DNA from: Candidatus Hecatella orcuttiae
GTDB taxonomy: Archaea > Thermoproteota > Bathyarchaeia > Hecatellales > Hecatellaceae
Assembly: GCA_002011035.2 (NCBI GenBank)
Contig: MTLY02000001.1
Span: forward strand, 352,001-416,000
Length of the DNA: 64,000 nucleotides
Direction of reading: 5' to 3'
The notes beneath the pieces were generated by a model. The model had not been told where the DNA came from. It searched no databases and worked only from the letters and a program-made list of their open reading frames with translations. The position numbers and the translations under genes are program-made. This document shows, piece by piece, positions 56,690 through 64,000 of the stretch (within the stretch, counting starts at the first letter, position 1; each line of letters opens with the position of its first letter).

Positions 56690-57856
56690 TCATGCTAAAC
56701 CTTTTTCTTTGAGTTCGCCGTAGGCCTTGTCGAAGAGGTCCACCGCGCCCCACCTGTTTTGGGAAGCCCACTGTATTAGTTCTTTCAACCCCTCTGTCAA
56801 GCTTACTTTTGCTGTAAAATCCAGTAGTTCTTTTGCGCGGGTTACATTCGCGTAGCAGTGGCGGATATCGCCTTTCCGGTAGGTGTTGGAAATTTTTGGG
56901 ATAAGATGGGAGCCGGTTGCGGTGATCAGGTTCTCCGCCAGTTCGTAAATAGTTCGGGGTTGACCTGAGCCGATGTTGACTGCTTGATGGTCGGCGCGGC
57001 TGGTTTCCAAGGCTTTCAGGTTGGCTTCAGCTACATCTCTTACGTGGATGAAGTCCCGGGTTTGGTTTCCGTCTTCGAATATGTAGGGTTCCCTGTTGTT
57101 GAGGATGCGGCTTGTGAAGATGGCGGCGCATCCTGTGTAGGGGTTTGAAAGGGACTGCCTTGAACCATAGACGTTGAAGTATCGGAGGGCGATGGTGGAG
57201 ATTCCGTAGGTTTTACCTATCAGGAGGCACATTTCCTCTTGATGTCTCTTGGACATGGCGTAGATGGAGGCTGGCATGAGAGGCTTATCTTCGGGGGTGG
57301 GTATGGGTTTTAAAGGCGAGCCGCAGGCGGGGCATGGGTGTTCCCACAGGCTCTTCTTCAACTGGCTTTCGCTGCGCAGGCCTGGATGGGCTTTTGATTC
57401 GCATCTTTCGCAGAAGTATTCTCCCTCCCCGTAGATGCTCATGGAGCTTGCTACGACGACCTTCTTCACTTCATGCTCCTCGTTGACTAGGACGTCTAAC
57501 AGTGTGGCTGTGCTCTTGGTGTTGGAGTCTACGTATTTTTCTATCTGGTACATGGACTGGCCTATCCCCACTGCCGAGGCTAGATGGATTACTGCATCCG
57601 CTTCTTTGACCAGGGGCTTTAGGGTTTCTCTGTTCCCCACGTCGCCTTGGAGAAATTTCGCTTCCTTATTTAGGTAGCTGGGTTTTTTTCCTCGGTGAAC
57701 TTGGGGTTCAAGGTTGTCGAGGATGGTAATTTGGTAGCCGCGCTCAGCTAGGAGGTCGGTGGTGTGGGAGCCTATGAAGCCCGCGCCCCCTGTCACCAGA
57801 ACCTTTTCTATGCCTCTGCTTTTCATGCCGTCCGACCAGCTTTCCGGATGTCTCAA
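56690..57856 (-). CDS. NDP-sugar epimerase/dehydratase
   Basis: VTGGAGFIGSH, YAMSK, LRYFNVYG, RDFIHV; CxxC insertion. Confidence 0.9.
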   Translation of the reverse strand: MRHPESWSDGMKSRGIEKVLVTGGAGFIGSHTTDLLAERGYQITILDNLEPQVHRGKKPSYLNKEAKFLQGDVGNRETLKPLVKEADAVIHLASAVGIGQSMYQIEKYVDSNTKSTATLLDVLVNEEHEVKKVVVASSMSIYGEGEYFCERCESKAHPGLRSESQLKKSLWEHPCPACGSPLKPIPTPEDKPLMPASIYAMSKRHQEEMCLLIGKTYGISTIALRYFNVYGSRQSLSNPYTGCAAIFTSRILNNREPYIFEDGNQTRDFIHVRDVAEANLKALETSRADHQAVNIGSGQPRTIYELAENLITATGSHLIPKISNTYRKGDIRHCYANVTRAKELLDFTAKVSLTEGLKELIQWASQNRWGAVDLFDKAYGELKEKGLA

Positions 57857-57870
57857 TCCTAGATATTTTT

Positions 57871-58218
57871 TTATCTTTGTTTGAAAAGGAGCTTGTTTTC
57901 GTCAACCCATTTTATAAGGCGGGTAACGCCTTCTTTGGGGCCTACCTTAGGTTTCCAGCCCAGTTTGGCTTTGGCTTTGGATATGTTGGAAACGTAAACT
58001 TTCTGGTCTGCGAGGTCTCCTTTTACCAGTTTGATGTTAGGGTAGTTTGTTTTCAAATAGTTCCAGTTATACGGCTGGTTACCTGTACTTCCGACTAGTA
58101 GGTTGTTCCTTGAGAGGTTGTCTAAGACCACCACTACATCTTGCTGTCGGATGTAGTGTTCGGCGGCATGGGAGCCTATGAATCCGCCTCCGCCTGTGAC
58201 TAGGATCATTTTAACCAC
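57871..58218 (-). pseudogene. internally deleted NDP-sugar epimerase (CDP-tyvelose epimerase-like)
   Basis: Rossmann N-terminus (VTGGGGFIGSH, DNLSR) joined directly to the C-terminal ADQKVYVSNISKAK; YxxxK core absent. Confidence 0.8.
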
Positions 58219-58376
58219 GCGGAGAGTTTGGGAAGACGTTTTGGCTGAGTTTTTGTGTTGTTTTTAGATTGGGGGGTTCTTTATTTAAAAGTTGTTTTTA
58301 TTTTGGATTTTTTTGGTTTTGGGTAATGTTTAAATTTGGTTGTTTTTTGTTATTTTTTGTGAGATTTGGTGAGGCT

Positions 58377-58562
58377 GTGTTGGGGGAGTTGTTTGTGGGG
58401 AGGGTTTTGAGGGATGGGAAGGTGACCATTCCTAAGCGTATCAGGGAGTTGGTGGGGGTGGTTGAGGGGGATTATGTGCGGTTGGAGTTGGTGGGGGTGG
58501 TTAAGGCTAAGGTTGCGAGGAGAGGCCGGGGTAGAGTTGGGAGGGGGCGGGGTCGGGTTTGA
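58377..58562 (+). CDS. AbrB/MazE/SpoVT-family DNA-binding protein
   Basis: GKVTIPKRIRELVGVVEGDYV; GGTGAGG SD. Confidence 0.75.
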   Translation: MLGELFVGRVLRDGKVTIPKRIRELVGVVEGDYVRLELVGVVKAKVARRGRGRVGRGRGRV

Positions 58563-59155
58563 GTGCTTTGAAGCATGGGCTCTACCGGTTGGGGTTTATG
58601 CTCTGCGACCGCTGTGTTGTGAATGCCACGTGTGGTAGGTTTCAGCCTGGGGGTGAGTGTGGGTATGAGAAGGAAACCTTCTCCTCCACGGTGGAGAGGC
58701 TGGTGGAGGACTACGGCCTCGAAGGGGTGGCGGATAGGATAATGGCTGAGAGGGCGGCCATGTACTTGATTCGCATTGCTAGGGCGGAAAACTATGAGGC
58801 TAAGGTGGGTGTTTCCGACAGGTCTGCCCTCTGGGGCGGCTACATCGCCACCTTGGACCGGATGCTTCAGGCTATCCTGGGCGAGTTGGCTGTTACCAGG
58901 AGGCAGCGTATTAAGCTTGAGGGGGAGGAGGCGTTGATGGTTAACGTTGAAAGCCTGCTCAAGAGGCTTAAAAGCAGCAGGGGGGTGAAGGTGCCCAAGA
59001 CGGTTTTCAGGCCTGTTGCCCCCTTGGTTGTGTCGAGGATGAGGGAACGGGAAGCCTTGGAGGTGAGGAATAAGATCCTCGGGAGGCTGTTGGAGGGATG
59101 GCTGAGGGAGAAGTCCAGGTTGAAAAGGCTGAGAAAAGCCTCAAAGGCAGAGTGA
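58559..59155 (+). CDS. hypothetical protein with ALKHGLY motif and Cys4 cluster
   Basis: Translationally coupled (TTGA) to the AbrB gene; CDRC..C..C. Confidence 0.6.
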   Translation: MSALKHGLYRLGFMLCDRCVVNATCGRFQPGGECGYEKETFSSTVERLVEDYGLEGVADRIMAERAAMYLIRIARAENYEAKVGVSDRSALWGGYIATLDRMLQAILGELAVTRRQRIKLEGEEALMVNVESLLKRLKSSRGVKVPKTVFRPVAPLVVSRMREREALEVRNKILGRLLEGWLREKSRLKRLRKASKAE

Positions 59156-60006
59156 AGATACCTCGAAAAGCCTTGGCGGGGCTTTGGGAGATATGCGAGG
59201 GGAAGGTGGAGAGGTTTGAAGAACTTTTAAGTCTGATGGTTAAATATGCTGACTACTTCCTGGATAGGCCTTGGCCTGAAAAGATGGAAAAAGAGCTGAG
59301 GTATGAAGAAGATTTTGGACTTGGTGATGAAGACGTAGAATTTCTTGACGAAAGCAAAAACTATGAAGAGAAGGTTCAACGGTTCACCCTGGTATGTTTA
59401 AAGAGAAACATCAGCTTGGAAGGCTTCGACGTGGAAGGTTTCAAGGGAGACTTCAACTCGTATGGAGGCTCTTGGTGTTGGGATTGCACTGTTACAAGGG
59501 CTATGGAGCTGAGGAAGGAGGTGGAAAGGCAGGAGCAGTTTAGAAGGAAAATCGAGAAGGAAATGAAAAGTGAAAAACCGGCTTGGACAACCTTAGAATT
59601 GTATAAACACATCAACAAACCTGAAATTGTAAGGGAGGATAAAATGCGGCAGGTGGAGCTGAGGTTCTACGAGGAGCTGGGATATGCCAAGGATAAAAGC
59701 TGCGAGGTGAGAAACTTTTACAGATGCCCCTACGGAGGGGAGTCTGAGAAGCTAATCCTTCGCGGCATGGCGATCAAGGAGATATGGCAGCACATAGAAT
59801 GGTACCACCGCCACTGGCACCCCTCCCGGATCACCAGGCCGCTTGAAAACGAGATGAAATGGTACCACTACGGTGAGCCGGACATCATCGATGTGACAAG
59901 CTACGAGGACCTTGAAAAGGCTTCTGAAGATGGAAGGCTGGACAAGGTAATAGAGGAGCATGAGAAATACATGAAAGAAACGGGACGCAAAGCTTGGGAG
60001 ACTTGA
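59152..60006 (+). CDS. hypothetical protein
   Basis: Long ORF; GTGA overlap with the upstream stop; CWDC and His-rich segment. Confidence 0.6.
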   Translation: MKIPRKALAGLWEICEGKVERFEELLSLMVKYADYFLDRPWPEKMEKELRYEEDFGLGDEDVEFLDESKNYEEKVQRFTLVCLKRNISLEGFDVEGFKGDFNSYGGSWCWDCTVTRAMELRKEVERQEQFRRKIEKEMKSEKPAWTTLELYKHINKPEIVREDKMRQVELRFYEELGYAKDKSCEVRNFYRCPYGGESEKLILRGMAIKEIWQHIEWYHRHWHPSRITRPLENEMKWYHYGEPDIIDVTSYEDLEKASEDGRLDKVIEEHEKYMKETGRKAWET

Positions 60007-60081
60007 GGTACTCGGAGGCCGACGGCGTTAGGACAGAGTATATGCGGATGGAATGATTTTTATTGAGCTGTGGGATAACTG

Positions 60082-60369
60082 TTGGCTGTTGACGTTGTTG
60101 GGGTATTGTTTCTAGCCTACTTTCTAGTGGCTTTGTTCCTCAGCCTTGATGCCAGATACCCTATAGGGGCGGCGCTGGTGTTGCTGGGGGTTTCCGCGGT
60201 TATCTTGGCTTTCGAGCCTCCATGGGAGTTTTCAGCGGAAGATACAGCGGTTTACGCGTATTATTTTTTGGTCATCGGCGTCGCTTTGAGGGTTGTAGAG
60301 TTTGCGCGGAAAAGCGACAAACCGTTGGCAGTTGTCATTTGGAGGAAGATTAAGCGGAGAATGTTTTAG
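60082..60369 (+). CDS. small three-TM membrane protein
   Basis: Hydrophobic helices, AVYAYYFLVIGV. Confidence 0.6.
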   Translation: MAVDVVGVLFLAYFLVALFLSLDARYPIGAALVLLGVSAVILAFEPPWEFSAEDTAVYAYYFLVIGVALRVVEFARKSDKPLAVVIWRKIKRRMF

Positions 60370-60487
60370 GTTTATGCGCAATTCATTTTTATTTTGTGGA
60401 AGCCAGATGAGGGTTAAAACTACGCTATGGATGTTATGGCGGAGGAAGCCTCAAAAAGGGGCCCTTTAGGCTTGTTTGTCGGTTTTG

Positions 60488-63013
60488 CTATTCTTCTATT
60501 TCCATTTTTATTTTTCCGGCCAACTCCTTCAGTATGGTCACTGCTTTTTCCGGGTTTTTTCTCGCTATTTCTCTCAGAGTGTTTCCCGCTTTCTTTGGGT
60601 CTTCGTCGGCTAGGACTCTTAAAGTTTCTACGGCTTTTTCCGGTGCTGTTCGGTCTAGGATTTCAGCTATGGCAGTGGCCGGGGTTTTTCTGAGTTTTTC
60701 TGCAATCTGTTCCGGGGGAAGCGTTTGGATGTCAGCGGGTGTTGGCGGCGGAGTTGAGGTTGTTGCTCCTCTACGCTGGTAGACGGTGAGGCCTATGCTG
60801 GCAACCGTCAGTCCCAGGATTATTCCAACTGCTAGAGATGCTAGAGGGCTTAAGGTTACCTTGGACTTTGGGGGGACCTCTTCCGGAGTGAGGGGGGTTT
60901 CTGGCTCTGTTACGGTAAACAGGAGGGGGGACGTCGTGATGCCGGTGCCTTTGATGGATGCTTGAAGCATCCAAGTGTCCGGGTTGGTGAAGGTTTGGCT
61001 GTCTGTGAAGGAGCCGTCTGGTGCTGTTGTGACGGTGCTCTGGATTGTTTGGCCTTGGGTGTTGGTGTAGCTTAGGGTAATTTCTACGCCTTCCTTTGGT
61101 GGTTGGATGCTGCCGTATACCTTGGTTTCCTCTCCGAGTTCTACTGTTTTGGAGGATATGGTCAAAGTTAGGGATGTGGCTGGAGGCTGGGTGGTTACCG
61201 TCAGTAGGGCTTCGTTGGAGTATATGGCTTGCTCAGGGTTGTCGGCGAAGGCGATGGCGCGGAGGCTGTAGGTGCCTGTTCGGTTTGGCGCCGCCCATAG
61301 GTAGGTGTATTCGCCTGCGAGCGTGGTGTTCACCGTCGTTATCGGTGTGTACTCTATTTTTTCGCTGTTTCCTATGAAGGCGTACTCCAGCGTTATGGGC
61401 GCGCTTGTGCCTTTCCAGTCTAATGTTCCGCCTATGGTTACTTCAAGGCTTGGCGTCGCCGTTGATGGAGTCACGTGTAGGGTTAATGTGGGTATTTCTT
61501 TAACCGTAAAGGTTACCGGAATACTGGTAGCTGGGGCGCGATGGTCGTCGCCTTTGAAACCAGCTTCAACCCGCCATTCACCCACCATCAAGGGTGTGAA
61601 GGTGTCGTTGAAATAGCCCTCCGAGTCTGTGAGAACCGAGTGTTGCACTGTACTCTCGGAGTGCATGTAGGTTATTGTGAGCGGTGTGTTTGGAAGGTTT
61701 GAGGTCCCATGAACGGTCAGCGGGAAGCTGACTGGTAAGCTATGTTGAGTGAGTGTTAAAGTTATTTTGGAGACGAGTTTTTCAACCTTAACCTGAATAG
61801 GGATGCTTTGAGAGCCTTCATAATTTGCGTTACCTTCCCACGTGGAGGCTATGGACCAAACGCCTGTGGTGTCAGGTATGAACACGTCCCTGTAACGTCC
61901 GTCAGGAGCTGTTGTTACAGTGCGGCTGGTCGACGTGTTGTTTGGTGAAGAGTAGGTTATCGTTATGGTTGCGTTTTCCTGCCTAGGCGACAGAGAACCT
62001 GTGATTTCTATGGGTTCACCGAAAAACGCGGCTTCAGGCGACATATCAAGAGTTAGGATGGAGGACGCCCTTTTCACCGTAAATAATACAGGTTCGCTTG
62101 CTGCCTCGGCATAGAGGGGATCTCCTTCCCAAGAAGCAGCTACACTCCAGACGCCAACCCTATCCGGAGTAAACGTGTCGGTGAAAACGCCTCTGAAAGC
62201 TTGGACAGCCTGTTCGCGGACTGTCAGGTCCGGGGCCACATAGGTAAGGAATACGGGTGCATCGGAGTGCTTAGGCTCTAGCACTCCGGAAACGGTGATG
62301 CTGTTTCCGTAGGTGATTTCCTCCGGAATCTCTGTTATTGAAACCGTGCTGGGAGACTTCTCATAGGTTATAACCAGCCTAGGCCAGTAGGGAGGCATAC
62401 CTCCGCCGGTGTGGTCTTTTGAAACAAACCGCACGTATGCATGGGTACTGGGATGCAACACCGTGTCCGGCTCTTTCAAGATGAGTGTTAGGCGTTTGTC
62501 CGCTAGGTTGATGGCGCTTATTACAGGGCCGGCGACCTTCCATTCGTACCAGTCTGGTTTGGTTACTGTAACGGTGTCGGTTGGGACGGGGTTATAGCTG
62601 ATTGTTAGGTGCTGCCTGTAGGTTAGAGTTGACTCCTCCCACCTATTGTTGAAGGATTGATGAACTCCAACCTCATGGACGTCAAACACGTAATGAGCAT
62701 ACAACTGGAGAGAGGCTTCCGTTATTCTGCTTGTTGGGATGGAGGATAGATTGAACATCAGATAAACGATGTTTTGTTCGTTGACACGCCGCGCTACATA
62801 AAGCCACGCATCAGGGCCGTAGTTTTTATCTATAGAAGAAGCCATAACACTCACATCCGCTATCGGATATAATGTGACAGTCACATATCGTTCATGGGTT
62901 TGCGCAAAACCTACTGAAATTCCAAGAAGCAAGGGGGTTGAGAGTAACATAAGAAACATAAAGAGGGTTAACTTAAGTTTCATGCACGTCATCAACATAT
63001 CAGTAGTTTTCAT
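60488..63013 (-). CDS. cell-surface protein: signal peptide, DNRLRE-like domain, about 5 Ig-like repeats, TM anchor, cytoplasmic helical tail
   Basis: YLMFNLSSIP..ASLQLY..WEESTLTY..PRLVITY; repeated ~95-aa units such as G.F.D.FTP...G.W...A.W.G. Confidence 0.8.
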   Translation of the reverse strand: MKTTDMLMTCMKLKLTLFMFLMLLSTPLLLGISVGFAQTHERYVTVTLYPIADVSVMASSIDKNYGPDAWLYVARRVNEQNIVYLMFNLSSIPTSRITEASLQLYAHYVFDVHEVGVHQSFNNRWEESTLTYRQHLTISYNPVPTDTVTVTKPDWYEWKVAGPVISAINLADKRLTLILKEPDTVLHPSTHAYVRFVSKDHTGGGMPPYWPRLVITYEKSPSTVSITEIPEEITYGNSITVSGVLEPKHSDAPVFLTYVAPDLTVREQAVQAFRGVFTDTFTPDRVGVWSVAASWEGDPLYAEAASEPVLFTVKRASSILTLDMSPEAAFFGEPIEITGSLSPRQENATITITYSSPNNTSTSRTVTTAPDGRYRDVFIPDTTGVWSIASTWEGNANYEGSQSIPIQVKVEKLVSKITLTLTQHSLPVSFPLTVHGTSNLPNTPLTITYMHSESTVQHSVLTDSEGYFNDTFTPLMVGEWRVEAGFKGDDHRAPATSIPVTFTVKEIPTLTLHVTPSTATPSLEVTIGGTLDWKGTSAPITLEYAFIGNSEKIEYTPITTVNTTLAGEYTYLWAAPNRTGTYSLRAIAFADNPEQAIYSNEALLTVTTQPPATSLTLTISSKTVELGEETKVYGSIQPPKEGVEITLSYTNTQGQTIQSTVTTAPDGSFTDSQTFTNPDTWMLQASIKGTGITTSPLLFTVTEPETPLTPEEVPPKSKVTLSPLASLAVGIILGLTVASIGLTVYQRRGATTSTPPPTPADIQTLPPEQIAEKLRKTPATAIAEILDRTAPEKAVETLRVLADEDPKKAGNTLREIARKNPEKAVTILKELAGKIKMEIEE

Positions 63014-63143
63014 GTAAGATAGTTAAGCTTTATTTATAAATAGAAGGTTAAATTTTGTAAAAATCGATCCGGCATTATCTTCCCTTATCCCGTATGATTT
63101 TTTAGCTGTGGACATACACTTTAACGATCAGAGCGATTTGAAG

Positions 63144-64000
63144 ATGTCTAAATCCTGGGAGTATTATATCAGGAAAATATACGTTTGGCGTGGCCTGCCG
63201 TGGATAGTGTATTCTTGTGTAAGCCTGATAGTTTTATGGGATCTGCTCTTACCCGGCTATATTTTAACGCTAGACATGCAGTTTGCGCGGCATATCAGAT
63301 TTGAGCACTTTTTTTACGGTTTTGCGACTCCCCTAAGAGGTACGCTTCCTTTTATCATGATTCTTAAGGCTTTAAACTACATTTTTCCCACATGGATTAT
63401 TCAAAAAGCTTTGCTTTTTTTGATTTTTGTATTGGCTGGGCTGTCGGCGCATAGACTATGCCCTACAGACAATTTAGCCGGTAAGTATTATGCTGGGTTG
63501 TTTTACGCTTTAAATCCCTTCGTTTTTGTCAGGTTTATGGTTGGTCACTTGCTGATCTTGATGGCTTACGCCATTATGCCTCTAGCAGCTAAGGCAGGAA
63601 TAGACTTCCTTAAGCAGACCAGTTTCCATACAGCTACCCGGTTGGTAATATTACTAACTCTTGTGGGAATGTTCAGTGCTGAAATTCTACTTTTAACTCT
63701 ATTTCTTATTTTCGCCATTTTAGCCTTCAGGGCGATAAGGAAGAGAACCGAGATCACTCATCTCCTAAAGTGGACGGGTATAGTAGCTGTCATGTTCCTT
63801 GGAGTTAATTTTTATTGGCTGGGTCCGGCGGCTTTGGGGGTAAAGGAAACAAGTCTCAGCCTAGTGAGCTATGAGGACCTCCTAGTCTTCACAGCCAAGA
63901 TGTGGGGTGTGGGTCCAAACTTATTCTTTAGCCTTGCCACCCTTCACGGTTTTTGGAGGCCGCCTGAAGGTTATGTCTATATCTCCGATATGCTCCCCGG
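63144..64000 (+). CDS. polytopic membrane protein, GT-C/AftD-like (3'-truncated by window)
   Basis: Translated by hand from ATG 63144: PGYILTLDM, AGLFYALNPFVFVRF, GH; appears open to the window end. Confidence 0.6.
   Translation, partial: MSKSWEYYIRKIYVWRGLPWIVYSCVSLIVLWDLLLPGYILTLDMQFARHIRFEHFFYGFATPLRGTLPFIMILKALNYIFPTWIIQKALLFLIFVLAGLSAHRLCPTDNLAGKYYAGLFYALNPFVFVRFMVGHLLILMAYAIMPLAAKAGIDFLKQTSFHTATRLVILLTLVGMFSAEILLLTLFLIFAILAFRAIRKRTEITHLLKWTGIVAVMFLGVNFYWLGPAALGVKETSLSLVSYEDLLVFTAKMWGVGPNLFFSLATLHGFWRPPEGYVYISDMLP

Noticed and set aside
1-64000. CRISPR arrays, rRNA, transposases or integrases
   Set aside because: None recognised by eye in this window

Overview
Archaeal chromosome segment. 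The ribosomal/replication gene set, BHB-intron tRNAs at non-canonical positions and a Cren7-like protein point to a TACK/Thermoproteota lineage, plausibly Bathyarchaeia-like; this placement is inference. Core genes: the rps3-to-secY/adk r-protein cluster, eIF2-gamma, kae1, ABCE1, PCNA, priL, priS, argH, thiC, srp19, rps8e, rps6e and three intron-containing tRNAs. Accessory blocks: (1) pylC-pylD convergent with mtmC-mtmB, where mtmB carries an in-frame amber (Pyl205) followed by a PYLIS-like structure, although TAG is also a common true stop in this window. (2) A complete-motif NifB-NifX gene with no nitrogenase genes in the window, upstream of sulfite reductase, a Cys-less rhodanese and a DsrE protein, and divergent from an HTH regulator with twin palindromic operators. 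(3) A BMP-type nucleoside ABC transporter plus a class II aldolase. (4) A Mo-hydroxylase, a divergent adenine-deaminase fusion and a non-Pyl MttB/corrinoid pair, a candidate pathway for anaerobic demethylation of methylated purines or other N-heterocycles. (5) An aminotransferase with PxpB/PxpC-like genes and an SDR. (6) A tRNA-Arg-adjacent surface/glycosylation island running off the right end. All calls come from reading motifs by eye; no database searches were run.
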